A stretch of 32,000 nucleotides of DNA, taken from Ectothiorhodospiraceae bacterium. Lineage in GTDB: Bacteria; Pseudomonadota; Gammaproteobacteria; Nitrococcales; AK92. Where the stretch lies: the NCBI GenBank assembly GCA_029268285.1, contig JAJUGG010000003.1:9976-41975 (forward strand), in the 5' to 3' direction. The position numbers were made by a program, and so were the translations under genes. Positions 6,242 to 15,959 of the stretch are shown here, piece by piece; positions within the stretch are counted from its first letter, which is position 1, and every line of letters begins with the position of its first letter. The notes under the pieces are model-generated. The model made no database searches. It was not told where the DNA came from and saw only the letters and a program-made list of their open reading frames with translations.

Positions 6242-7885
6242 ATGGCGGATGTGAAGCAAACCTCGACGTGGCTCAGCTTGCTCTCCCACCGGCGCCTGGT
6301 CGGCGGCTTAGTGCTGCGGGAACTCTTCGATAAGGATCCCCACCGCTTCCGGCGTTTTTCCCTGGAGCAGGAGGGCATTCTCTTCGACTACTCGAAGAAT
6401 TTAATCACTGAAGACACCGTGCGCTTGTTGCTCGATCTTGCGCGAGAGGCGGGCCTGGAAGACTGGCGCGCGCGTCTGTTTTCCGGCGAGCCGGTGAATC
6501 ACACCGAGCGCCGCGCAGCGCTGCACATGGCCCTGCGCGCACCGGATCAAGATTGGAAGGCTCAGGGCGAGTCGGTGAGCGAACAGGTGCGTACCATTCT
6601 CGCTCGCATGGAGCGCTTTGCCGAAGAAGTTCGCAGCGGCGCCTATCGCGGCTGCGGCGGCGAGAGCATTTCGGATGTGGTTCACATTGGCATCGGCGGC
6701 TCCGATCTCGGACCGCGTTTGGTGTTGGAAGCGCTGGCGTCTTTTGCCGATGGTCCGCAGGTGCATTTCGTCAGCAACGTCGACGGCGTGGAGTTGGAGC
6801 GGGCGCTCGCGCACTGCGACCCGCGCCGCACCCTATTCACCATCGTCTCCAAGAGCTTCGGCACTTTGGAGACCTTAAGTAATGCCGAAGCCGCACGGGC
6901 TTGGTTCCTAGACAGCGGTGCGGGAGAGGCTGAGATCGGCCGCCACTTCATCGCCATTACCGCCAACACCGAGCGGGCGGTGAAATTCGGTATCGACGCC
7001 GAGCAGATTCTGCCGATGTGGGATTGGGTCGGCGGGCGGTATTCGGTCTGGTCGGCCGTGGGGCTCCCGATCGCGCTGGCCTGCGGAATGGAGAATTTTC
7101 GGCGGCTGCTGGCCGGCGCGGCCGCCATGGATGCCCACTTTCGGGACGCGCCACTCGAGACCAACATGCCGGTGTTGCTGGCCATGCTGGGGCTCTGGCA
7201 CATCGATTTTATGGGCATTGGCGCGCACGCGGTGGTGCCGTACACCGAACGGCTCGCCACGCTGCCCCATTATCTCCAGCAACTTGAGATGGAGAGCAAC
7301 GGCAAGTCCGTGGATCGGGATGGGAATAGCGTGAGCTATCCGACGGCGCCGGTGATCTGGGGGCAGACCGGGACCGTCGGGCAGCATGCGTTTTTCCAGG
7401 CCCTGCATCAGGGTCCGCAGCCGGTGCCGGTGGATTTTATCGGCGTAGCCTCGCCCACGACGCGGTTCGACGACCATCATGACAAGCTGATGGCGAATCT
7501 GTTCGCGCAGGCTGAAGCGCTAATGCGAGGCCAGAGCGCGGACGAGGCTCGCGCTCTGATGGCGCGTCAGGGGCTGAAAGCCGGCGAGATCGAGCGCTTG
7601 TTGCCGTTTCGCGTGTTCCCCGGTAATCGCCCCAGTAACGTGCTGTTGCTGGATCGTCTGACGCCGGAGCGGCTGGGTGCGTTGATCGCGCTCTACGAGC
7701 ACAAGGTGTTTTGCCAGTCGGTCATCTGGCGTCTGAACGCGTTCGATCAATGGGGCGTGGAACTCGGCAAGCAACTCGCCGACAGCCTCCTGCCGGCGTT
7801 GCGCGAAGGCGATGGCTTGGACCAGCGCGACTCATCCACCCGTGGGTTGGTGGAGCACTACCGCGCTTGGCGGTCGCAAAGCTAA
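6242..7885 (+). CDS. pgi: Glucose-6-phosphate isomerase (Pgi)
   Basis: 547 aa with HIGIGGSDLGP, ...TIVSKSFGTLETL..., GGRYSVWSAVG and ESNGK motifs. Confidence 0.95.
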   Translation: MADVKQTSTWLSLLSHRRLVGGLVLRELFDKDPHRFRRFSLEQEGILFDYSKNLITEDTVRLLLDLAREAGLEDWRARLFSGEPVNHTERRAALHMALRAPDQDWKAQGESVSEQVRTILARMERFAEEVRSGAYRGCGGESISDVVHIGIGGSDLGPRLVLEALASFADGPQVHFVSNVDGVELERALAHCDPRRTLFTIVSKSFGTLETLSNAEAARAWFLDSGAGEAEIGRHFIAITANTERAVKFGIDAEQILPMWDWVGGRYSVWSAVGLPIALACGMENFRRLLAGAAAMDAHFRDAPLETNMPVLLAMLGLWHIDFMGIGAHAVVPYTERLATLPHYLQQLEMESNGKSVDRDGNSVSYPTAPVIWGQTGTVGQHAFFQALHQGPQPVPVDFIGVASPTTRFDDHHDKLMANLFAQAEALMRGQSADEARALMARQGLKAGEIERLLPFRVFPGNRPSNVLLLDRLTPERLGALIALYEHKVFCQSVIWRLNAFDQWGVELGKQLADSLLPALREGDGLDQRDSSTRGLVEHYRAWRSQS

Positions 7886-7912
7886 GGCGCTTGCTCCATA
7901 TCCGATAAGGGC

Positions 7913-7933
7913 GGAGCGGCTTCCCGCCGCTTC
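7913..7933. terminator. Weak stem-loop between convergent pgi and queG (possible bidirectional terminator)
   Basis: 8 pairs (7913-7920 with 7926-7933, one G-U) and loop TTCCC. There is no clear U-tract on either strand. Confidence 0.25.
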
Positions 7934-7938
7934 CTTTG

Positions 7939-9042
7939 CTATTCGATTCCCGTTTGTCGGGCTGCCGGAGTTCGATCTTTTTCGCTCAAACGCGTCAGCG
8001 CCCATTCGACGTGTTCGCGTACCAGTGCGGAGGGATGCGCGCGCCGGGCGTCAAGCGCGGTAACGGCTTCTGCCGTCGGCTCGCCGTTTCCCAGCGCCAC
8101 CGCGATATTGCGTAACCAGCGCTCATGGCCGAGGCGGCGGATGGCGCTGCCCTCGGTGCGAGCGAGAAAGGTTTTTTCATCCCAGGCAAAGAGTTCTATC
8201 AGGGATGCTTGATCCAGCCCGTGTCGGGGGTGGAAATCGGGTTCCGCCGTGGGTTGCGCGAACTTATTCCACGGGCAGACGGTCTGGCAGTCGTCGCAGC
8301 CGAAGATTCGATTCCCGATCAACGGGCGTAAGTCCAGTGGGATGGCGCCGTGCAGCTCGATCGTGAGATAGGAAATGCAGCGGCGGGCATCGAGCTGATA
8401 AGGGCCGACGATGGCTCGCGTCGGGCAGACTTCGAGGCAGGCGCGACAACTGCCGCAGTGGGCGCCGGCCTTTTCGTCCACGGGCAAGGGAAGGTCTGTG
8501 AACAGTTCGCCCAGGAAGAAATACGAGCCGGCTTGGCGATCGAGGAGCAGCGTGTGCTTGCCGATCCAGCCGAGTCCCGCGTTCTCCGCCAGCGCTTTCT
8601 CCAGTACCGGTGCGCTATCCACATAAACGCGATAGCCCATCGGCCCGGTAACGGATTCGATGCGCTCGGCCAGCTGCTTCAGGCGCTTACGCATCAGCTT
8701 GTGGTAGTCGCGGCCGACGGCGTAGCGCGAGACGAAGGCCGTGCCGGCTGCTTGCGGCTGCTCTTCGCGTGCCGGCATCTGTGGCGGCAGGTAGTCCATG
8801 CGCACCGAGATCACCCGCAGCGTGCCCGGGTGCAAGCGTTCTGGCCGGCTCCGCTTGACGCCGTGGCGCCCCATGTAGTGCATATCGCCCTGAAAGCCGA
8901 GGCGCAGCCAGCGTAATAGGTGCGCCTCATGAGTTCCGAGGTCGATCCCGGTGATGCCGGCCGCGGCGAAGCCGAGCTCTCGGGCCCAGGCCTTTATTTG
9001 GTCGGCTAACGCGCGCGATTCAGAGCGGTTCAGATCAGGCAT
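7939..9042 (-). CDS. queG: Epoxyqueuosine reductase (QueG)
   Basis: Two 4Fe-4S ferredoxin motifs (CGSCRACLEVCP, CDDCQTVCPWNKF) and a C-terminal HEAT-like region. It has the position of E. coli yjeS/queG, divergent from yjeF. I chose ATG 9042 (MPDLNRS...) because the ORF-track start at 9084 would overlap the nnr start. Confidence 0.88.
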   Translation of the reverse strand: MPDLNRSESRALADQIKAWARELGFAAAGITGIDLGTHEAHLLRWLRLGFQGDMHYMGRHGVKRSRPERLHPGTLRVISVRMDYLPPQMPAREEQPQAAGTAFVSRYAVGRDYHKLMRKRLKQLAERIESVTGPMGYRVYVDSAPVLEKALAENAGLGWIGKHTLLLDRQAGSYFFLGELFTDLPLPVDEKAGAHCGSCRACLEVCPTRAIVGPYQLDARRCISYLTIELHGAIPLDLRPLIGNRIFGCDDCQTVCPWNKFAQPTAEPDFHPRHGLDQASLIELFAWDEKTFLARTEGSAIRRLGHERWLRNIAVALGNGEPTAEAVTALDARRAHPSALVREHVEWALTRLSEKDRTPAARQTGIE

Positions 9043-9074
9043 AAAACCATTGTAACCCGGTATACTTCTCCTCA

Positions 9075-10556
9075 ATGACAACACCGCAGCACTATCTGTA
9101 CTTGCCGGAACAGACGCGCGAACTCGACCGCATCGCGATCGAGGACTGTGGCGTGCCCGGTTACACCTTGATGCAACGTGCCGGAGCCGCTGCCTATGAG
9201 TTGTTGCGCAAGCGCTGGCCGGATGCGCGTCGGCTCGCGATCGTGTGCGGCGTCGGCAACAACGCGGGTGACGGCTACGTCATAGGCCGGTTGGCGTTGC
9301 AGGACGGGTTTCATGTGGACCTGTTGGGTCTCGGTGACCCGGCCAAGCTGCGCGGCGATGCGCGTACCGCTCACGACGATTATCTCGCTGTGGGCGGAAG
9401 CGTTCTGGCATTCGACAGCCGCCAGCTCGCCAAGTGTGATGTCATCGTCGATGCCGTGTTCGGAACCGGGCTCGATCGTGAGGTCGAAGGTGCCTGGGCG
9501 GAGGCCGTGGCAGCCATAAATGCTACGGAGTGCCCGGTATTGGCGGTGGATATTCCTTCCGGCTTGCATGGCGCGCGCGGAACGGTGCTCGGGCACGCCG
9601 TGCACGCTGAGGTCACCGCCACTTTCATCGGGCGCAAGGCCGGCCTGTACACCGGCGCAGGGCCGGAGCATTGTGGCGAGATCGTGTTCTTTGACTTGGC
9701 CGTGCCCGCGGAGGTCTATACGCGCGTCGCGCCGTTCGCCCGCTTAACCGGGGACGAAGTGCGCGCGCCCTTGCGACGTCCTCGACCGCGTGGGGCGCAC
9801 AAAGGCCTGTTCGGGCATGTCCTGGTCGTCGGCGGCGATCATGGCATGGGTGGCGCCGTGCGCATGGCCGCTGAGGCCGCCGCCCGCGTTGGCGCCGGCC
9901 TGACCAGTGTCGCCACTCGCAGCGTGCACTGCGCCGGACTCCTGTCCGCGCGCCCCGAGCTTATGTGCCATGCGCTCGATAGCGCGCAAGACCTCGAGCC
10001 TTTGCTGGCGCGCGCCAGCGTGGTTGCCGTAGGCCCAGGTCTGGGCCGTTCGGCATGGGCGCGTGGGCTGCTTGAGGCCGTGCTGGCTTTCAAGGGGCCC
10101 TTGGTCGTCGATGCAGATGCGCTCAACTTGCTGAGTGAAGCGCCAAGGCGCAACGCCCGCTGGATTCTGACGCCCCATCCGGGCGAAGCTGCGCGGTTGC
10201 TGGGGTGTCGCGCCGCACAGGTGCAGGCGGATCGTTTCGCAGCGGCGGAGGCGTTGTGCAACCGCTATGGAGGCGTCGTCATTCTCAAGGGAGCGGGAAC
10301 CATCGTGCGCAGCGAATCGGGCGCAATACGGGTTGTAAGCGGAGGTAATCCTGGCATGGCGAGCGGCGGCATGGGCGACACCCTGACCGGCGTCGTCGCC
10401 GGCTTGCTGGCACAAGGACTCGATAGCGACGTCGCTGCGACAATGGGAGCTTACCTGCACGCCGCCGCCGGGGATCGAGCTGCGGCGGGGCAGGGCGAGC
10501 GCGGGCTCCTCGCTAGCGATCTCCTGCCGCATCTGCGACGGTTGGTGAATCCATGA
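9075..10556 (+). CDS. nnr: Bifunctional NAD(P)H-hydrate repair enzyme Nnr (epimerase / ADP-dependent dehydratase; YjeF)
   Basis: The N-terminal YjeF_N motif is CGVGNNAGDGYV. The C-terminal carbohydrate-kinase-like half has GGDHGMGGAVRMAAEAA... and GGNPGMASGGMGDTLTG. Confidence 0.9.
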   Translation: MTTPQHYLYLPEQTRELDRIAIEDCGVPGYTLMQRAGAAAYELLRKRWPDARRLAIVCGVGNNAGDGYVIGRLALQDGFHVDLLGLGDPAKLRGDARTAHDDYLAVGGSVLAFDSRQLAKCDVIVDAVFGTGLDREVEGAWAEAVAAINATECPVLAVDIPSGLHGARGTVLGHAVHAEVTATFIGRKAGLYTGAGPEHCGEIVFFDLAVPAEVYTRVAPFARLTGDEVRAPLRRPRPRGAHKGLFGHVLVVGGDHGMGGAVRMAAEAAARVGAGLTSVATRSVHCAGLLSARPELMCHALDSAQDLEPLLARASVVAVGPGLGRSAWARGLLEAVLAFKGPLVVDADALNLLSEAPRRNARWILTPHPGEAARLLGCRAAQVQADRFAAAEALCNRYGGVVILKGAGTIVRSESGAIRVVSGGNPGMASGGMGDTLTGVVAGLLAQGLDSDVAATMGAYLHAAAGDRAAAGQGERGLLASDLLPHLRRLVNP

Positions 10557-11011
10557 AAACCTTTCGCCTGGAACTGGCCGATAGCGAGGCGACCGAGCAG
10601 TTGGGCGCGCGTCTTGCGGAGCGCTTGCCGGACGCGCTAATCGTTTACCTGCACGGTGATCTGGGCGCGGGGAAGACCACGCTCGCGCGAGGTTTGCTGC
10701 GTGCGTTGGGCCATGAGGGCGCTGTCCGCAGCCCGACCTACACCCTGATCGAGCCCTACCGCGTCGGTGGGCACACCTTGTACCACCTGGACCTGTATCG
10801 GCTTGCCGACCCGGAGGAACTTGACTACCTCGGGCTTCGCGACTTTCTAGGCGAGCCTTGCGTGCTGCTGGTGGAGTGGCCGCAGCGCGGCGAGGGTATG
10901 CTGCCGGAGCCGGATTTGCACGTGCGCTTGGAGTACGCGGACACGTCACGGGTCGCCTTGCTTGAAGCGGCCAGCGAGCGCGGCGAGGCCTTCCTGGCCT
11001 CTGTCGCTTGA
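10553..11011 (+). CDS. tsaE: tRNA t6A37 biosynthesis ATPase TsaE (YjeE)
   Basis: 152 aa with LHGDLGAGKTTLARGLLRALG, SPTYTL and LYHLDLYRL motifs. It has an ATGA overlap with nnr. Confidence 0.9.
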   Translation: MKTFRLELADSEATEQLGARLAERLPDALIVYLHGDLGAGKTTLARGLLRALGHEGAVRSPTYTLIEPYRVGGHTLYHLDLYRLADPEELDYLGLRDFLGEPCVLLVEWPQRGEGMLPEPDLHVRLEYADTSRVALLEAASERGEAFLASVA

Positions 11012-11100
11012 GAGGCGTGCCTGCGAGTTCCCGTAGCAGCTTGAGAATACTCGAATTAGTTCTTAAACCAATCTTTAGGAAGTCGGTCTATCCTACTCAG

Positions 11101-11134
11101 TGAGTTCGCTTTTATTGAAATTAAAGCGAGCTTA
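11101..11134 (+). other. 12-pair hairpin inside an AT-rich intergenic island (function unknown)
   Basis: TGAGTTCGCTTT (11101-11112), loop tattgaaatt, AAAGCGAGCTTA (11123-11134). There are 10 Watson-Crick and 2 G-U pairs, so pairing is better in a + strand RNA. No U-tract follows. Confidence 0.4.
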
Positions 11135-11217
11135 TGCGTTACTTAGAAGCAACGATCTAGCTGGCCCTCGAGACGAGGGCAGGCTGTCCCGAACACTAAT
11201 AATCCGGCGAGCAGCCC

Positions 11218-12492
11218 ATGGCACGTATCCTTTTCCTGTTGCTCGTCCTGTTCCCGCTCAGCGCCACTGCGGCCAGCGTCAACGGAATCCGCACCTGGGC
11301 CGGTCCGGACGAAACCCGAGTGGTGTTCGATCTCAGTGACACGGTCGAGCACACGCTTTTCAAACTAGACAACCCGCCTCGGGTCGTACTGGACTTCAAG
11401 TCCACCCGAATGGACCCCGCGTTGGTGCAGGGAAAGGGGCCTACCGGCCTGGTGCAGAAAATTCGCAGCGGCGCGCGCGATGGCAATGTCTTACGCGTGG
11501 TGCTCGATCTGTCCGATGATGCGCGCGCGCAGAGCTTTATGCTGCGGCCGAGCGGGAGCTACGGCTACCGACTGGTCGTCGATCTGGAGCAGGAAGGTCG
11601 CGCGACCGCCCCGGTCAAGCGCGCGGCCAAGCCCGAGGCGCGGCCGCTCATCATCGCCATCGACGCCGGGCACGGCGGCGAGGATCCAGGGGCCATCGGG
11701 CCGGGTGGCACATATGAAAAGCATATTGTGCTGGACGTGGCGAAAAAGCTTGCCCATCTCATCGAGCAAGAGCCCGGCATGGAGCCCTTGCTGATTCGCA
11801 CCGGCGACTACTATGTAGGGCTGCGGGCGCGGCGTGAGAAGGCGCGCGAGCACGGAGCGGACATATTCATTTCCCTGCACGCAGATGCCGTTCCGGCGCG
11901 TAGTGCCCGCGGCGGCTCGGTCTATACCCTCTCGCGCAACGGCGCTTCCACCGAGGCGGCGAGGCTGCTCGCGCAGCGCGAGAACTCGGCGGATTTGATC
12001 GGCGGCGTGTCGCTGGACGACAAGGAAGATCTGGTTGCCACTGTGCTGCTGGATCTGTCCCGCGCTGCGAACACCGAGTCCAGCATGCAGCTGGCATCCG
12101 CTATGCTCAAGCAACTCGGGACGGTCGGGCGCTTGCACAAGACCAGCGTAGAGCAGGCTGGGTTCGCGGTGCTGAAATCGCTAGACATGCCATCCGTTCT
12201 GGTGGAGCTAGCCTTTATTTCCAACCCACAGGAAGAGGCCTTGCTCAAGAACAGTTCGCACCAGTGGAAACTCGCGCGCGCTATCTTGTCGGGGGTGTTG
12301 GACTATCGTAATCGCTACATGCCCGCGGCAGCGCGTTATGCCGGTACGGCGACGCGCGAGCACGTAGTGCGGCGCGGCGATACTCTGAGCGGCATCGCCC
12401 AGAGCTATGACGTCAGTCTGGACGTGCTGCGCGCGGCCAACGGCTTGGCAGGCGATCACATCACCGTCGGCACCAAGCTGCGAATCCCCTGA
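11218..12492 (+). CDS. amiB: N-acetylmuramoyl-L-alanine amidase (AMIN domain + amidase_3 + C-terminal LysM)
   Basis: Signal peptide MARILFLLLVLFPLSATAAS. AMIN-like N-terminal domain (VNGIRTW...RVVFDLS...VVLDF). Catalytic IAIDAGHGGEDPGA...ISLHADA...VLVELAFISNP. C-terminal LysM HVVRRGDTLSGIAQSYDVSLDVLRAANGL. The symbol is assigned from the tsaE-amiB-mutL synteny. Confidence 0.9.
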   Translation: MARILFLLLVLFPLSATAASVNGIRTWAGPDETRVVFDLSDTVEHTLFKLDNPPRVVLDFKSTRMDPALVQGKGPTGLVQKIRSGARDGNVLRVVLDLSDDARAQSFMLRPSGSYGYRLVVDLEQEGRATAPVKRAAKPEARPLIIAIDAGHGGEDPGAIGPGGTYEKHIVLDVAKKLAHLIEQEPGMEPLLIRTGDYYVGLRARREKAREHGADIFISLHADAVPARSARGGSVYTLSRNGASTEAARLLAQRENSADLIGGVSLDDKEDLVATVLLDLSRAANTESSMQLASAMLKQLGTVGRLHKTSVEQAGFAVLKSLDMPSVLVELAFISNPQEEALLKNSSHQWKLARAILSGVLDYRNRYMPAAARYAGTATREHVVRRGDTLSGIAQSYDVSLDVLRAANGLAGDHITVGTKLRIP

Positions 12493-12599
12493 GAGCCTAT
12501 CCGAGCAGCTCTGCGCTACTGCGGCGGCATGGGATCGGCTTCAGCCCGCGCTCGACCCGCTCTCCCTTCACGGCGATCGGGGTTGTTCGAATAGGCTCT
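12492..12599 (+). repeat. Structured inverted-repeat element (best copy), overlapping the last base of the amiB stop codon
   Basis: 12492-12513 AGAGCCTATCCGAGCAGCTCTG pairs with 12578-12599 CGGGGTTGTTCGAATAGGCTCT: 17 Watson-Crick pairs, 4 G-U pairs and 1 mismatch. The arm sequence recurs at 236-312 and 3598-3669. Confidence 0.45.
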
Positions 12600-12748
12600 A
12601 AGGCGGCCACGTGGGTAGGCGACCTTCCGGCGCCTTGCCCTGAATCATCCGCGGAGAGGTCTAGCGCGCTCGCCGAAAGCCAAGCTGGGCGACTGGCCGC
12701 GGCGACGGGTCTTCCGTCATAATGTGGCGTTCATCCAGCGATTGAAGC

Positions 12749-14614
12749 ATGCTCATGCCCGCGCCGCGTATCCAACAACTCCCGCCTCATCTGGTCAACC
12801 AGATTGCCGCCGGCGAGATCATCGAGCGGCCGGCTTCCGTAGTGAAGGAGCTGGTCGAGAATAGCCTCGATGCCGGGGCTACCCGAGTCGAAATCACTAT
12901 CGAGGCCGGAGGCAAGCGCCTGATCCGCGTCCGCGACGACGGCCACGGCATTGAGCTGGACGACTTGCCCCTAGCCATGTCTCGGCATGCGACGAGCAAG
13001 ATTCGCGAGCTCGATGACCTGGAACGTGTCGCCAGCCTGGGGTTTCGCGGCGAGGCTTTGCCGAGCATAGGCTCGGTGTCCCGGATGACCGTGACCACGC
13101 GCGTTGAAACCGAAGAGCGTGGCTATCGTGTCGAGCTGCTCGGGAGCGGCCTGTTACCCGAGCCGCGTCCGGCGGCCCATCCGCGCGGCACGACCATAGA
13201 AATTCGGGATCTATTCTATAACACGCCGGCGCGGCGGAAGTTCCTGCGCGCCGACCGCACCGAGTTCCAGCACGTGCAGGAGTTGGTGAAGCGCATGGCG
13301 CTTAGCCGCTTCGACGTCGCCTTTACGTTGATCCACAATGATAAGGCCGTCATCCAAAGCCCGGCCGCTCGCACCGAGCCCGAGCGTCAGGCGCGGGTAG
13401 CGGCCTTGCTCGGCAACGGGTTCGTCGAGCAAAGCCTTTATGTGGAAGCGGATACCGCCGGCCTGAAAATCAGCGGCTGGCTGGCGCTGCCGACCTACGC
13501 CCGTGCGCAGTCGGATCTGCAGTACCTCTACATCAACGGCCGTATGGTCAGGGACCGCCTGGCCGCGCACGCGATTCGGCGTGCCTACGCCGATGTGCTG
13601 TTCAAGAACCGCTATCCGGCTTACGTGCTGTATCTCGACATCGACCCGCGTCAGGTCGACGTCAATGTGCACCCGACTAAGCACGAAGTGCGGTTCCGCG
13701 ACGGCCGAACGATCTACGACTTCCTCTTTCGGCGCCTGCACCGGGCACTCGAGGAGATGCGCCCGAACAGCGATGCCGACCAGCAGCCTGCGCCGCCGGC
13801 GCCGCGTCCGCGCGAGGATACGACTGCCGGTGCCTGGGCGCCTATCCATCAGCCCGCCTTGTCGCTGCCCACGCGAGAAGCGCCGCCAGCGTATACCGCG
13901 GTGGCGGTGCCGCAACAGGTCGAGGCCTATCGCCTGGAAGCCGCGGTCGCCGACCTGCGGCCCGCGGTCGAGCCGGCGCGGGAGCCGCGGCCTGCAGCCG
14001 CGGAAATCAGCGCAGCAGAGGGTGAAACCTGTCCGCCGCTGGGGTACGCGCTGGCACAGTTGCACGGGATCTACATCCTCGCGCAGAACGACAAGGGGCT
14101 GGTGCTGGTGGATATGCATGCCGCCCACGAGCGCATCGTTTACGAGCGCATGAAGCTTCAATTGCAGCGCGACGGCATCGCCTCGCAGCCCTTGCTGGTG
14201 CCGGTGGGGGTGGACGTCACGCCGGAAGAGGCGGATGCTGCCGAAGAGCATGCGCAGGCATTCAACACGCTCGGCTTCGAGGTCGACCGCGCCGGGCCGG
14301 ACAAGCTATTGGTACGGCGCGTGCCCGTGCTGCTGCGCGACTGGGATGCGGCCGGGCTGGTGCGGGACGTGCTCGGAGATTTGCGCGCAAACGGTAGCAG
14401 CGGACGACTGCAGCACGCGCTCAACCACGTGCTCGGCACGATAGGCTGCCACGGGTCGGTGCGCGCGCATCGACGCCTCACCTTGGCGGAAATGAACGCC
14501 CTATTGCGCGAGATGGAGCACACTCCGAACAGCGGGCAATGCAATCACGGTCGTCCCACATGGACGGCTTTGTCGATTGCTGAGCTGGATCGCCTATTCT
14601 TGAGGGGACAATGA
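12749..14614 (+). CDS. mutL: DNA mismatch repair endonuclease/ATPase MutL
   Basis: GHKL ATPase N-terminus ([31 protein letters not shown]...[10 protein letters not shown]), a Pro/Ala-rich linker, and a C-terminal dimerisation domain ending ...CNHGRPT. Confidence 0.95.
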   Translation: MLMPAPRIQQLPPHLVNQIAAGEIIERPASVVKELVENSLDAGATRVEITIEAGGKRLIRVRDDGHGIELDDLPLAMSRHATSKIRELDDLERVASLGFRGEALPSIGSVSRMTVTTRVETEERGYRVELLGSGLLPEPRPAAHPRGTTIEIRDLFYNTPARRKFLRADRTEFQHVQELVKRMALSRFDVAFTLIHNDKAVIQSPAARTEPERQARVAALLGNGFVEQSLYVEADTAGLKISGWLALPTYARAQSDLQYLYINGRMVRDRLAAHAIRRAYADVLFKNRYPAYVLYLDIDPRQVDVNVHPTKHEVRFRDGRTIYDFLFRRLHRALEEMRPNSDADQQPAPPAPRPREDTTAGAWAPIHQPALSLPTREAPPAYTAVAVPQQVEAYRLEAAVADLRPAVEPAREPRPAAAEISAAEGETCPPLGYALAQLHGIYILAQNDKGLVLVDMHAAHERIVYERMKLQLQRDGIASQPLLVPVGVDVTPEEADAAEEHAQAFNTLGFEVDRAGPDKLLVRRVPVLLRDWDAAGLVRDVLGDLRANGSSGRLQHALNHVLGTIGCHGSVRAHRRLTLAEMNALLREMEHTPNSGQCNHGRPTWTALSIAELDRLFLRGQ

Positions 14615-15567
14615 GCGAGGTCGCGGCGCCGGGTGCCCGCCCGCCAGTGATTTTTCTCATGGGGCCGACGGCCTCTGGGAAGACGGCGGCAGCGGTCGAG
14701 ATCGTGCGGCATTTGCCGGTGGAGATTATCAGTGTCGATTCGGCGCTGATCTATCGCGGGATGAATATTGGAACGGCAAAACCAAGTCCCCATGTCCTAG
14801 CGCAGGCGCCACACCGCTTAATCGATATTTTGGAGCCCGGCGAGGCCTATTCGGCGGCGCGCTTTCGCGAGGATGCGTTACGAGAGATCGCCGATATTCA
14901 AGCGCACGGCCGCGTGCCACTTCTAGTGGGGGGTACCATGCTGTACTTCCGCGCTTTGCAGTACGGTTTGTCCGAGCTGCCGAAGGCCGACCCTGCCGTG
15001 CGAGCCCGCCTCGAGGAGGAGGTTCGGGAGCAGGGCTTGCAGGCGCTCCATGCGCGATTAGCGGAAGTGGATCCACAGGCGGCGGCGCGCATTCATGCCA
15101 ACGATCCGCAGCGAATTCTGCGTGCGCTCGAGGTATACGAGCTCGCGGGGCGGCCCATGAGTGAACTGATGGCGCGGGGGCGTGTAGAACCTTTTCCTTA
15201 TTCTGTTGCCAAATGGATCGTGGCGCCGCGTGACAGGAAGTGGCTCCATCAGCGCATCGAGGCGCGCTTTCGCCAGATGCTGCGGGAAGGATTTATTGAA
15301 GAAGTGCAGGCTCTGCGTGAGCGGGGTGATCTGGACCTGAGCAAGCCGTCCATGCGAGCGGTGGGATATCGCCAGGTTTGGGAGTATCTGGAAGGTCGCT
15401 ACGACTATGAAAAGATGGTCGAGCGGGGCATTATTGCAACGCGGCAATACGCTAAGCGTCAGATGACGTGGCTGCGCTCCGAGCAGGGGGCTAGTTGGTT
15501 CATGAGCGATGATCCCGAGCTTCCCGCGCTGTTGCTAAACAGGGCGGAAGCCCTGATGGGGCAATAG
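14611..15567 (+). CDS. miaA: tRNA dimethylallyltransferase MiaA
   Basis: [18 protein letters not shown]-loop, [19 protein letters not shown] and HRLID. It has an ATGA overlap with mutL. Confidence 0.95.
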   Translation: MSEVAAPGARPPVIFLMGPTASGKTAAAVEIVRHLPVEIISVDSALIYRGMNIGTAKPSPHVLAQAPHRLIDILEPGEAYSAARFREDALREIADIQAHGRVPLLVGGTMLYFRALQYGLSELPKADPAVRARLEEEVREQGLQALHARLAEVDPQAAARIHANDPQRILRALEVYELAGRPMSELMARGRVEPFPYSVAKWIVAPRDRKWLHQRIEARFRQMLREGFIEEVQALRERGDLDLSKPSMRAVGYRQVWEYLEGRYDYEKMVERGIIATRQYAKRQMTWLRSEQGASWFMSDDPELPALLLNRAEALMGQ

Positions 15568-15707
15568 GTTATGGGGCTGGGTGCGTGTGCTAAGCTTCCA
15601 GACCTTTCAGGTAGCGCGTGGTCATCGCGCGGAAGCTGCGCCGGGCGAACGGTTGGGTGCCCGCCGAGAATAAAAATCAACCGAGATGTTGTGTAAGGAG
15701 TAGGCTA

Positions 15708-15959
15708 ATGGCCAAAGGGCAGTCGCTTCAAGAACCGTTTCTGAACGCTCTCCGCAAAGAGAAGATTCCGGTATCGATCTATTTGGTCAACGGGATCAAA
15801 TTGCAGGGGCAGATCGAATCTTTCGACCAGTTCGTGGTCTTACTGAAGAACAGCGTCAGTCAGATGGTGTACAAGCACGCCATCTCCACCATCGTACCGT
15901 CGCGCAACGTACGGCCTGCGGCCTCCGATGAGCGCGGCCAGGAGTTCGGTAATTTCTGA
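15708..15959 (+). CDS. hfq: RNA chaperone Hfq
   Basis: [64 protein letters not shown] is the canonical Sm1/Sm2 core. AAGGAG at 15695-15700 precedes ATG 15708. Confidence 0.97.
   Translation: MAKGQSLQEPFLNALRKEKIPVSIYLVNGIKLQGQIESFDQFVVLLKNSVSQMVYKHAISTIVPSRNVRPAASDERGQEFGNF

Noticed and set aside
7886-7950. TATCCGAT and TATTCGAT motifs in the pgi/queG spacer, which resemble the repeat arms.
   Set aside because: The two motifs are in direct, not inverted, orientation. The second one is the queG C-terminal codons plus its stop codon. There is no AGAGCC/GGCTCT core.
8615-8623. CTATCCACA, an 8/9 match to the DnaA-box consensus TTATCCACA.
   Set aside because: It is a single isolated match inside the queG coding sequence. 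There is no cluster of boxes and no AT-rich unwinding element nearby.
9744-10949. 401-aa ORF on the - strand, antisense to nnr and tsaE.
   Set aside because: Its composition is extremely Arg/Ala/Pro/Gly-rich and low in complexity, and it overlaps strongly supported + strand genes. It is a GC-driven stop-codon-poor frame.
11100-11339. 79-aa + strand ORF starting in the AT-rich tsaE-amiB spacer.
   Set aside because: It has a GTG start with no RBS, runs out of frame into amiB, and its product is Arg-rich nonsense after the first ~15 residues. The region is better treated as non-coding.
13211-14251. 346-aa ORF on the - strand, antisense to mutL.
   Set aside because: The same shadow-frame signature applies. 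It spans the mutL linker and C-terminal domain and has no recognisable domain.
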